A stretch of 63,633 nucleotides of DNA, the filler included, from Octopus bimaculoides (Eukaryota): the NCBI RefSeq assembly GCF_001194135.2. It is 8 parts of 7 records of this genome, joined end to end, with 100 filler letters (N's around TTAATTAATTAA, not from the genome) between each part and the next. Parts side by side here need not be neighbours in the genome. Positions count along the whole stretch, not along the records: positions 1 to 17,043 come from NC_068984.1; 7 more parts are not named here. The stretch is one strand, 5' to 3'. The position numbers were made by a program, and so were the translations under genes. The notes under the pieces are model-generated. The model made no database searches. It saw only the letters and a program-made list of their open reading frames with translations, and was not told the origin of the DNA. Position 1 is the first letter of the stretch; every line of letters begins with the position of its first letter. Of the stretch, positions 1 to 11,139 are shown piece by piece.

Positions 1-58
<58 letters not shown>

Positions 59-1886
59 ATATACATATGTATGCATGTATGTATGTATGTACGTATGTTA
101 TGTGTTCTAAAAAAAAACGACTAAAGTTTAAAATGTATTTCAAGCATGCAGCTTGATATGATTTATTATGATCATGTTAAACATATATACATTTTATATA
201 GTTATTGCAACATCAACAAAGTCTAGCTACATGACATATATTAACAATAACATGGTTGTTAATTGAAAGTAATCGTATGCTAAATTTTAGTTACTTTATA
301 CTCCACGTAGTAGATTCCGTTGAATTCTATAAGGTAATATGTACCATTGCTATATATCGGTTCTTGATAGAAGCGCCATAGTTGAAAATATCATTTACTA
401 TAAAGTGTTACCAAATAGTGGCAATGTGATTAGCCTATATCAGACTGAATGATATAGATAAATAAACACTGTCAAACGCACACACGCCGACACAGATGCA
501 GACTCATATATGCACATGCCCATAGACAAATTTTAATTGAACCATTTCTTTTATTTAGTCTCTCGATTTTTCTGAAGAATGCTTCTTTTTCCTTCTCATG
601 GAAGCCCACTTCTATTTGTTCTCATGAAGTTGGTCAAGGTGTCTTTTTACTGAATTCAGCCAAGTTGTTGCAATGTCAGAAGTATCAGTAAAGGAGCAGC
701 CGACAAGAAGCAGATATTGTCTGCTTGCTTTTCAGTCTTCTTTGTGAAGATTGATGTTATCAGATAGATGCTCTGAGGTGACAATGACTGGTTTGGCTTT
801 AGCATCTTAGGAACCAAGATCGTAGAGTTATTGGTGTCAGTGCCAAGCAGGGAAGCGTGGCTGCGTTGTTATTTTCACTTTCGTGTTTTGTTCTTTTTTC
901 TTTCATTTTGTTCCTTTCCCATGGTGAATTGTTGCATTTCAAGTTCTGAGATATGGTTGTGGATAAAGAATTCTTCCATATGGAAGTAAATACACGTTTT
1001 ACATCATTATGCTGGGCTTAGGCTAGGACGCCGTAATTGGGAGAATGGTTAAGGTGAAGATGGGAACAGTCTCTTTCCCTTATATGATTTGGGAACACAC
1101 GCACACACGAAAACACACACACACACACACGAACACACACACACTAGCACACAAACACATACTAGCACACAAACACACACACCTATGTATGCATACATAT
1201 ATTTACAGTGAGAATTTTATTGTAACTGTGACGTTTTGGCTGACATATCTGACTATATATATTGCTGAAATTTAGACGTAACAGTAAAATTCTTCCTTGC
1301 AAACTTATAATGAATATGTTACTCGGATGAAGAGTATTCAATGATCTTTCAATATAATATTTTCTACTGTAGGCACAAGCCCTGAAATTTAGGGTAGGGA
1401 TTAAATCGAGATTACATCAAGACCAATTCTCAATTGCTACTTATCTTTTCAACACCGAAATGAAATTCAAAAGTCGAACACCGAGGAACTTCCCAGATGA
1501 AATACTATTAAGAATTTATCCCGGTGAGGTAACAATTATGCCAGTCCGACGCCTTTAAAGGTAATGTTTGTTTGCATATTCTACGTTTCTAGGTTGATTT
1601 CGAAATGAAATTCAAAAGTCGAACACGATCGAACTTCACAGAGTAGTACGGCGTGGAAACGATAATGCCAGTTCGACGTCTTTAAAGATCCTTTAATGTA
1701 ATGTTTATTTCCATATTCTATTTTTCTAGGTTAACAAGAAGTTGTCTTACTCTGGAATCTTCCCAGAATTATTTTCTGTTCTTCAGGAAAAGACTGCTGA
1801 AATGCGATCTTACTCTTGACAGTAGCCTTTTAGATGATACTTTGCTTTACTTGCTAGTTATTACTAGTGCATATATGTGTGAGTAG

Positions 1887-1923
<37 letters not shown>

Positions 1924-2811
1924 CGTGTGTGCGTGCGTGTGTGCGTGCACGCACGTTCATTGCTGTATATACATAAAAGAGAGTTTGATGTGCGTGCGAG
2001 CGCGTATGTTCCTTATGCATTCGAAAACTAAGATGCCGATTTTGACGTATAGTATATCTAAAGATTCAGTAATTTTTCGGCTACCAAGTAAACTTTATTT
2101 TCATTTACATATTTTCTACATTATCTCAACAACCAGGTTTAGTTATTTGATAGACATTGATCTATAATGACCATGTTTCATTAGAAGATGAAAATAGTTT
2201 TGCACTTTCAATATGAACCAAATTTAGAAAGTGTTGCATCACGCGAGTGATGGTGTTTGAAAAATTAAAGTAATGTTTCTCCGAATTAGTCACATCTGTA
2301 CAATAGTAAAGAAAGCTGCTTATCATCTATCTATATATATATTGTATAAAAAAACTACCAAGTAAATTCAGTTTTTGGCACGACAACTCTTTTTTACTAC
2401 TAAAATAACCTGGAAAACCAGGTCGGTCGCACAAAGTTGGGTCATTTTCGGTCAATATTTTGATTTGCTTCTAATGTTTCACTTTCATAAAATGTTTCAT
2501 GTATGCATAGACTTCTGCGCAGGCAGACATTTATGAAAATGTAACCATAAATATTGTATTAAAATAAGTCACAAAAATATTCATTAAAAGACATCCATTT
2601 CTCTATATGTTATAAGGAAATACGGTCCTTCCCCCTCCTCTCTCTTTCTCTTTCAAACACACATGCACATGCACACATACTTGTAAAAGAGATGTATGCT
2701 TATGCAATTATGTACGTGTATATGAAAGATAAAATGTGTGTATTTGAGTGAAAGAGTGAGTGCTACTTACACATACATTCAAAAACATATATACATGTCA
2801 ACACGCACCTT

Positions 2812-2960
2812 TACTCACTCACTCACTCACTCACTCACTCACTCACTCACTCTCTCACTCACTCACTCACTCACTCACTCACTCATTCACTCACTCACTC
2901 ACTTACTCACTCACTCACTCACTCACTCACTCTCTCTCTCTCACTCACACACTCTCTCTC
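2812..2960. repeat. (CACT)n then (CT)n microsatellite
   Basis: Direct reading. Confidence 0.95.
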
Positions 2961-4139
2961 TCTCTCTCTCGCATACACACCCACGTCCATTTCATATGCA
3001 CTTACACACATCTAGATGACAACTTTGTTGCTCCAANNNNNNNNNNATTCTGTAATTTGTTTGTGATGAGCGTATTTAAGGACCTGATCTTCGATATAAA
3101 CTTAAAAGGAAGTTTTCTCAGAAATCCTGCCCTTTACTTGTTGTTTCTAGCAATGCCCATTTGCGCCGCACCTTATTATTTCCTAAATTTCTTCCGATTC
3201 CTAAGATTTGGATATAGGAGATTAGGATTTCCCCTAAAAAAACACGCTCTCAATATTTCAATTTTCTCCCTCCTCATCCCAATTTCTTTAATTTAAAAAT
3301 TTTCCAGTTTTATTATTATTATCATTATTAATATTATTATTATTATTATTATTATCATTATTATTTTTATTATTATTATAATTTGTAATCCACCGAGAAT
3401 TCTCTTCTTCCCCTTTTCTTAAAGAAACACTAAAATCTCCTTCATAAATATCCACCCATCACTTCATCACTTTCAAAACGCTGCTAACTCCCAATGTTTC
3501 ACTTCTAGATTTTTAGAAAGCGGGGGAACAATGGCGTTTACCTGTTGTTTCTAGAATGAGGGATTTTCTGGTAATGGTCTGGTATTTTTACGTCTGCTGT
3601 TTCACTACTGATGTTTCTAAGCATGCGTGAAACATCAGGCCAAAGTGAAACATTGGGAAGTTTTAGATTTTTGAAAGCGGGGAAAGGGGTATTGAGAGTT
3701 TCTTTAAGAAAAATTAAACCTTAAAACAAAACATATGCATTTCTCAGATTCGTAATCTATGTATTTTTCTACGAGATTACGAAGAAAAAGTTGGGAAAAA
3801 AAGTTACAAATTAAGAAATTGCGGTGGGGACGGGGCGGAAGCTAAAATTTTCAAAATGCGATTTCTGGACAAAATCGTATAACCCCCTTTTATACGATGA
3901 AAGAATACATAATTTGTGATCATTCTTAAGAACCGAAAGCACTTTAATGCAAGCCTATGCAAATTGTACCTTCCCCCTTTCAGTTTTAAACAAACAATAA
4001 CTTCCATTACGCCAGTAATCCAGCCCACTATATATCAACTGTGCCGATTCTGCCCATAAGAATAGAACAAATAATACAATGTGGCTGTTGGTCATAACAG
4101 TGGGGAAACGCCGGGATGCATTGCTAGTGTGTATGTGTG

Positions 4140-4187
<48 letters not shown>

Positions 4188-5865
4188 TGGATGTGTGTGC
4201 GCGGAGATGCATAGATGTATGTGTGTGCGTGCGCGTGTGTGTGTGTTTGCGTGTGTGTGTGTGTGTGCGTGTGTGTGTGCGCGCGCGCGTGAGAGAGAGA
4301 GAGAGAGAGTGTATGAGATTGCTATGATATAATTTAGATTACTCGGTTCAGACTTCTTTTTATCGAGAAGTATCTACATCACATCGTACGTTAGACATGA
4401 CAGCCATTCATTCAAATCCATTAGATTGTGAAAATTCAGGTTTCTGAAAGATATGAAGTCAGAATATCTTCAGATAACAGCAATTAGTTAATGTTCTTTA
4501 AATCCTTTTAAGAGATATCGAAGGCTGGTGTAATATCTGAAAATATTCTATACGAAATTTTCAGTTTAGTGATCCAATGAAAAATGGAATTCTTTGTCGC
4601 CGCTGATACATTCTCTTGCTGGGTGTTCAGTTCCTTCTTCCTATGTATTATAGACGAATTGAAACAAGATATTTTCGTTATATCCTTGAAAGAAATTTAT
4701 CAAATATCTGTAGTAACTGCTTTGGAGAATGTTTACAACGAGAGTGAAATAATTCTTTCGGTACTCTCTAATGGGGTTATAGTTCTCGGTAAATCCTAAC
4801 CGTGTTAAGACAAGATCTGCAAAGCGAGCGTGCAGAAGGATTTCGAAAAATACACAGTAGCTGCTTGGATGAGGATTTATGAGGAAAAGCTTTCGAAATT
4901 AATTTGAGACCTTTGCAGTCATGTTGTAGTTGTAAAATTAGCTGATCTCGATGAATGTTAAAGAGTTTACTGTAAGTGTAATTCGGTCAGATGTGTGATC
5001 AAACAGCGGGTTTACGTAGAAAATATAGAGTGGAGAAATTCCTCTTACTAAGTTCTAGTTTCTATTTCAAAAGAGCTAGATAGCGGTGGGTTATCATCAT
5101 CTTTCGAGTGCCGGACAAATCCTAAACTACAAGTGCTGATATAAAATTCGTTCGAGTTTAAATTTTAATTTTATATATTAGGGTTGATAAATAGAACACC
5201 AGTCAAAAGCAAGGCAGTTCGCATGTACTTTCCTCTTTGTCTATCTCTAACTTTCATTAAATCAATTTCAACCACGTGTGAAAACTTCGATTATTTTCTC
5301 AAAAGGAAACAGAAGCGAGCAGCTAACAATCTTCTGTTAGTCTATATTGCTACACGAACCTACCAAGCGAAGCAGAATAATTCGGTGCGGTGTGTAGCCG
5401 TGAAATGTTACAATGAATTATATTTGGGGGGATATTTTTTAAACAGTTTACATTGAAGACCTATGTGTACGCGTACATGTGTGACTATGTGTATGCATAA
5501 CGATGGCGGTAGGCTTAATACATCTCTCGGGGTAGATTTTTCTCTGCGTATGTGTGAGTGTGTGTGTGTGTGTGTGTGTGTTTGCGTGTGCGTTTGTGCG
5601 TGCGTGCTAGATACTGGATGCTAAAACCAGTAACTGTAACTATCTATTTTATATAAATTGTGAATTTATATATATTCTAAAATAGAACATAGCATTAAAT
5701 AAAAGAAGTAATCTAAAGAATGCAAAATGCGCACGCGCGCACACACACATACACACTCAGACACACACGCACTCACACTCACATATACTCATACACACAT
5801 CCAGAGCTGGGTATATACAAGAATATAAATGTACGCTCGTATGTTCTAATACATATATAAACATT

Positions 5866-5903
5866 AGGCGTAGGCGTGGGTGTGTGGTAAGAATCTTGCT
5901 TCC
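5866..5903 (+). mobile_element. 5' part of tRNA-derived SINE (family A head), interrupted by the Tx1 elements
   Basis: ggcgtaggcgtgggtgtgtggtaagaatcttgcttcc matches the head of uninterrupted copies at 25501-25665 (-) and 44530-44690 (+). Confidence 0.85.
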
Positions 5904-6467
5904 AGTGAACAGAGGTGGATGTGGACTAGCTGTGCTCCGTCCAATTAATGAAAACAAAGAACATTTGAAGAACTCGCCAAGGTAAGTCGGTTTTGTTTCT
6001 CAGCTGAGCAATAATTTGTTGTGTATTATTTTCAGCAGGTTTTTGTTCAGCATTGCGACATTTTCGCATGCCTTTGGCGGGTTTTTTGTGTTTGTTCGTT
6101 TACGAACAAAATTCTATGTTCATTCGGATCTTTTTTAAAACGGGGGCCACATTTTTCATTAACGAAACACTTTGAAACTTGGAACACTGGTAGAATGTGT
6201 CANNNNNNNNNNCAACATGGATTCTTGCCTGATGGCAGCATCAGATATGATGACGAGGAACTATTGATTGTAAATTGATTATTGATTGTAAATTATTTGT
6301 AACCATAGTGAACAAAGGTTTTCGAGGGGTTGCCGATCAGTGGGCGTCGGTGCCCCTCTCATTTCTCATTTTTCATATATGTCATTCTCATTTTGTCATT
6401 AATGTTTCTGTCCAGCCCTAGCTTCTGCTAATCTATGTAATGCCTAAATGGCAAATTAAATTAAATA
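5904..6467 (+). mobile_element. Second Tx1-like element (5' UTR, 10-N gap, ORF2 C-terminus and 3' UTR); interior probably collapsed in the assembly
   Basis: The first ~200 bp are nearly identical to the 5' end of 6483-8757. After the gap at 6203-6212 it reads QHGFLPDGSIRYDDEELLIVN*, followed by a diverged copy of the same 3' UTR. Flanked by the same 15-bp target at 5889-5903 and 6468-6482. Confidence 0.7.
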
Positions 6468-6799
6468 AAGAAGCTCGCTTCCGGTGTACAGAGGTGGATG
6501 TGGACTAGCTGTGCTCCGTCCAATTAATGAAAGCAAAGAACATTTGAAGAACTCGCCAAGGTAAGTCGGTTTTGTTGCTCAGCTGAGCAATAATTTGTAG
6601 TGTATTTTTTTCAGCAGGTTTTTGTTCAGCATTGCGACATTTTGGCTTGCCTTTGGCGGGTTTTTTGTGTTTGTTCGTTTACGAACAAAATTGTATGTTC
6701 ATTATCTGTGGTAAGCGGGTTCGCTCCGGCCATAGAGTGAAAATTTTTGCTTGGCTTTTTAGCCAAGAAAACAAAACAAAAAAAGACTTTGTGTTCACA

Positions 6800-6978
6800 T
6801 TTGTGAACGAATTGTGAAGTGAAAATATTTGTTGGCATTTTTTGCTGAAAAACTTTGTGAACGAATTGTACAGTGAAAATATTTGTTAGCAATTTTTGCT
6901 GAAAAATTTGGTGAACGAATTGAGCAGTGAAAATATTTGTTAGCATTTTTTTTGCTGAAAAATTTTGTGAACGAATTT
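6800..6978 (+). repeat. About 3.5 copies of a ~51-bp tandem monomer in the Tx1 5' UTR
   Basis: Unit tttgtgaacgaattg.(a/c)agtgaaaatatttgtt(a/g)gca(t/a)tttttgctgaaaaa repeated directly. Confidence 0.9.
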
Positions 6979-7261
6979 GTTTGCTGCTTGTGGTTCGAGT
7001 GTTCGATTCATCACAAGAGTAGAAATATTTGGTTTGGCAATTTTTGGCCGAAAACGCAGCGGAGTACCTTGAATCGGAGTACCTTTTGAAAGAAGCTCGG
7101 ATTACCTATTGGTTGGAATTTTTTTTCAGTGTTTGAACTGTTGTTTTTCTCCCTTTTCTGTCTATCTTTTTATTTGGATCTGTTGTTTTTTTTTCTTTTC
7201 TTTCTTCGTTTTCGTTTTTTTTTTTAACTCTATTTATTCATTTGTGATCTTTTCGAACTTT

Positions 7262-8505
7262 ATGGGAAAAAAAGTGAACAGTGAAGCCACTCTCTTGGAA
7301 TGGGATGTTATACCGCCCAAGCAGTGGGTGAGAGAGACGGAAAAGAGGACAGTGGTCTTGCGGACCTATTCGAGGTCACGCAATGCCATTGCCCTCTTCA
7401 ACAAAGAAACGATAGAGAAGGAGCTGGCGGCGTGTCTGCCAGCGAAGAGCTTTTTTGTCTCAAGGGGAGTCAAATTTGCAACGGTGGGGTCGCTGTTTGA
7501 CTCCCCCGAAGAGGCTGGCACTGCAGCCAGCCAACCACTACAGGGGGAGGAGATTTCTTTCCCCCCCACTTATTGTGGAAAAAAAATTGTGAGAGCCTGG
7601 GTATGCGGACTTCCCCCAGGTACCGAAGCTGGATGGATCACAGAGGCCATCCGGCGGGGTTTGGGAGACAGTGGACCAAGGCTACTAAATGTAGACGTGG
7701 CTCCCGCAGTTGACTGGGAAGGGTCAAAGGCAACTTTGACCCTATGGACCCCGGTAGCTGTGGGAGATATTGTATTTCCGAACTTCCTAAAGATGACTGG
7801 CTGCAGGTATCCGGTGATACTTGAGGGTCGGCAACCTAGATGTCACCGGTGTCTGGAGCCTGGCCATTTGAAGAAGGATTACCGCCGGGACACTAAAGTG
7901 TCCCAGGAACGACCACCCGTTGGAGAAAGTAGTCCTGCTCGGCAGGAAGGAAAAAATGAGGAGGCGGTAGCCCCAACAGATAGAGGTAGAAAGAGGAAGG
8001 TGGGCATTAATGACAGCCCGCCGAAACCTCAAAGACATGTAGAGGTGGAAGAGGGATTGAGTCCCACGGGTAAACCAGAGGACTCCTCCTCTCCCACCGG
8101 AAAAAAGAAAAAGAATAGAAAGAAAAAAGTGCAAACGAATGTTGAACCACAGCCGTTGGGAATTGTGCCGCGACTGTGGAAATGTCTTTCCCTTCTCCGG
8201 AGGAAGAAGAAACGTTAGTTTTCTTCTTTAGGGAGGGGGAAGTAGAAAAATAATTAGAAAAGAGTCTTGGGGGAGAGGCCATGGCCTGCATACAGGATCC
8301 CGAGTGGCCTCCGCAGATAGCTGTAGAGGTCACAACGTGGGACGTACCGAATAAATTTTTTGACCTCAAAGAAATATTCTTCACGGCGCCGGGAAATGCC
8401 GACACGCCACTCGAAGAGTGCCTAGAGAGGGCGTGGGCGTTAGTGAAAAGAGGTTGTAGATATGGGGAGGATAAAAGCCCCAGTGAATTATATGAACATT
8501 TATAA
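7262..8505 (+). pseudogene. ORF1 (Gag-like nucleic-acid-binding protein) of Tx1-like element, with a frameshift near 8.15-8.2 kb and a stop
   Basis: ATG at 7262 (MGKKVNSEATLL...). V.V.GLP motif (AWVCGLPPG). CCHC-type knuckle CHRCLEPGHLKKDY at 7841-7882, last Cys TGC>TAC. Basic tract KKKKNRKKK. Continues in another frame as ...MACIQDPEWPPQ...YEHL* (8281-8505). Confidence 0.72.
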
Positions 8506-8757
8506 GTGGCTTGTTGCCTCATATAATGAGGAAGAACATTTGTGTTAATAATTTGTTTTACAAATTTGACCGACATGTATTGAACAAAGTTTTAGAGAAG
8601 TTATCAGTCGGCGGACGCTGGTGCCTCTCCCATTTTCATTCTTTCTTGTGTATTCATCTCCATTCATTAATGTCCGCGTCCAGCCCGAAGCTTCTTCGTT
8701 TGTCTGTCTTTGTTTGTCCCCTCTATGTAACGCCGTATGGCGAATTTTTATGAAATA

Positions 8758-8880
8758 AAGAAGCTTGCTTCCCAACTACAAAGTTCCGGAGTCAGTCCCA
8801 CTGCGTGGTGGCTTGGGCAGGTGTCTTCTACTATGCCTTGTGAGTGGATTTGGTAGGCTGAAACTAAAAGAAGCCCATCG
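8758..8880 (+). mobile_element. 3' continuation of the interrupted family A SINE
   Basis: aagaagcttgcttcccaactacaaagttccggagtcagtcccactgcgtgg...ttgggcaggtgtcttctactat...gtgagtggatttggtagg...gaagcccatcgt, followed by (TACA)n(CA)n(TA)n as in other copies. Confidence 0.85.
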
Positions 8881-8889
8881 TATATACAT

Positions 8890-8985
<96 letters not shown>

Positions 8986-9044
8986 GAGAGTAAAAGTGTA
9001 TATAGATAATTAAGCATTGGTTATAGAACAAACATTAAAATGAG

Positions 9045-9440
9045 TTAACGACTTTATATACGGTATCAAACCCACAACATACATCATGTATAAATAAATA
9101 TTACCATGGCTTTCATAATATATAAATCAAACATAAGACATACAAATACGGAAAACCACGAAAGGTAAAAAAAAATATACGTATATGCGAAAAAAAAAAA
9201 ACACGTATAGTAACGTCCCATCAAAAAACGACTAAACATTCATAAAATACTTAAAATACTAGGAGTGTGTCAAGTTGTAACGTTTTTTCGCATATATGTA
9301 TATTTTTTACCTTTGGTGGTTTTCTGTATTTGTATGTTTTATATATTTTATATTTTGATTCATATATTATGAAAGCCATAGAAATATTTATTTATATATG
9401 ATGCATGTTGGAGGTTTGATATCGTATATAAAGTCGTTAA
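9045..9440. repeat. Long imperfect inverted repeat (foldback/MITE-like), ~150-bp arms
   Basis: Left arm ttaacgactttatatacggtatcaaacc...atatgcgaaaaaa (9045-9195) pairs with right arm ttttttcgcatata...gtttgatatcgtatataaagtcgttaa (9283-9440). Confidence 0.85.
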
Positions 9441-9652
9441 TGTTTAATTATGCTTGCCTCATTTATTTGAGCACTTCTTTTTTTGCAGCCCTGTTAACTC
9501 TTTGTCTCATTTGAAAGAGGAACTCGATTGAGGAAAGAAAACTCGGAATGACCCATCCTTGATTTCTTTGTATCGCCTATCTGGATATTTTGTTGTCCGT
9601 TTTTGTATCACCTAACAGTCTGGATGTTTTGCGTTCTTGTGCTATCCCCCAC

Positions 9653-9691
<39 letters not shown>

Positions 9692-9819
9692 CATATATAT
9701 ATGTATATATAATATATATACATATATATACACACATATATATAAAAATATATATATGCATATATATATATACACATGTATATATACCCATACACACGCA
9801 CATATGTATTTGTGTGTCT

Positions 9820-10025
9820 GGTGTCTGTGTTTATTCCCTTACCATCGCTTGACAAGCGATGATGGTGAGTTTACGTCCTTGTAAAAAGCGGCGTGGCAAA
9901 AGGGACTGATAAAATAAGTACTAGGCTTACAAAGAATAACTCTTGGGTTCAATTTGATCGACTGAAGATAGTGCTCCATCATGGCCGCAGTCAAATTATT
10001 AAAACCAATAAAAGAATAAAAGAAA
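9820..10025 (+). mobile_element. Family C SINE tail (a second fragment at ~10060-10150)
   Basis: catcgcttgacaa...aataagtactaggcttacaaagaataa...catggccgcagtcaaat...aataaaagaataaaaga, preceded by a microsatellite. Confidence 0.75.
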
Positions 10026-10149
10026 AAGGAATGAAAAGATTTATATATTTCGAGTACAAATAATAAGCTATGGGGTGGATTTGCTCGACTAAAGGTGGTG
10101 CTCCAGCATAGCCATAGTCAAATGACTGAAAGAAGTAACAGAGAAAGAG

Positions 10150-10190
<41 letters not shown>

Positions 10191-10746
10191 ACTTGCTTCT
10201 TTTATTTGATTGCACTATGCTGGAGACCCGTCTTGACGGGTTTTAATTTGTTAGTATAAAGTATCTATTTAAGGTGTTATATTTATAAAAGACTAGTNNN
10301 NNNNNNNNNNNNNNNNNNNNNNNNNNNNNNNNNNNNNNNNNNNNNNNNNNNNNNNNNNNNNNNNNNNNNNNNNNNNNNNNNNNNNNNNNNNNNNNNNNNN
10401 NNNNNNNNNNNNNNNNNNNNNNNNNNNNNNNNNNNNNNNNNNNNNNNNNNNNNNNNNNNNNNNNNNNNNNNNNNNNNNNNNNNNNNNNNNNNNNNNNNNN
10501 NNNNNNNNNNNNNNNNNNNNNNNNNNNNNNNNNNNNNNNNNNNNNNNNNNNNNNNNNNNNNNNNNNNNNNNNNNNNNNNNNNNNNNNNNNNNNNNNNNNN
10601 NNNNNNNNNNNNNNNNNNNNNNNNNNNNNNNNNNNNNNNNNNNNNNNNNNNNNNNNNNNNNNNNNNNNNNNNNNNNNNNNNNNNNNNNNNNNNNNNNNNN
10701 NNNNNNNNNNNNNNNNNNNNNNNNNNNNNNNNNNNNNNNNNCCTAG

Positions 10747-10784
10747 CCCTAACCCTAACCCTAACCGTAGGGTTAGGGTTAGGG
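10747..10784. repeat. Perfect 17-bp hairpin made of telomeric hexamers: CCCTAACCCTAACCCTA-accg-TAGGGTTAGGGTTAGGG
   Basis: Read directly from the sequence; adjacent to an N gap and ~350 bp upstream of the Helitron helicase remnant. Confidence 0.9.
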
Positions 10785-11139
10785 TTAAAGCAAATTTAAA
10801 ATGAAAAAAACAAATAAAACGAAGGTATGGAGATCAAATACGCTTTACATCGCTTAATCAGCCAAAGGAGTAAATATAAACAACTGAATACTTGTCAGTG
10901 ATTGGTTGAAATTATCGAAATAAGACAATTTTTTACATGAAATAAATTCGAATACAAAAATATTTTTCTGTTCTATAACACAATATAGATAAGTATACGA
11001 AGTTTGAAAGTCTTTCCGTACCCAAACACTACGTAAAACATTAATGAAAAATGTGGCCCCCGTTTTAAAATAGATCCGACGAAGTTTCAATGATACCAGT
11101 TTATGCTTTGAAAACTACAGATAATTGTTTAATAGATAT

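Larger units (their letters stand above)
6483..8757 (+). mobile_element. Tx1/L1-clade non-LTR retrotransposon, ORF1-only (HAL1-like, non-autonomous), intact 5' and 3' ends, 15-bp TSD
   Basis: Bounded by AAGAAGCT(C/T)GCTTCC at 6468-6482 and 8758-8772. Contains a 5' UTR with tandem repeats, a Gag-like ORF1 with a zinc knuckle, and a 3' UTR homologous to that of the adjacent element, ending in AATAAA. No endonuclease or RT sequence. Confidence 0.8.

Noticed and set aside
541-1070. Possible LINE C-terminal remnant
   Set aside because: No diagnostic motif could be recognised.
4440-5050. Possible RTE RT remnant and a CUGAAGA hammerhead-like motif
   Set aside because: Motif hints are too decayed and of inconsistent order, and no proper stem II/GAAA geometry is present.
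5904-6690. Duplicated Tx1 5' end as a mere assembly artefact
   Set aside because: The copies differ by several substitutions, each has its own 3' UTR, and a third target copy separates them. Real tandem insertion is more parsimonious, though long reads are needed.
6800-6978. CRISPR-like array
   Set aside because: The repeats are contiguous with no unique spacers, the context is eukaryotic, and there are no cas genes.
7109-7261. N-terminal 51 aa of the 369-aa ORF as a signal or TM segment
   Set aside because: It is a T-rich UTR read from a TTG start; the plausible start is ATG 7262.
10747-10784. Interstitial telomere fusion site
   Set aside because: The orientation is (CCCTAA)n then (TTAGGG)n, opposite to an end-to-end fusion, and there are only three units per arm.
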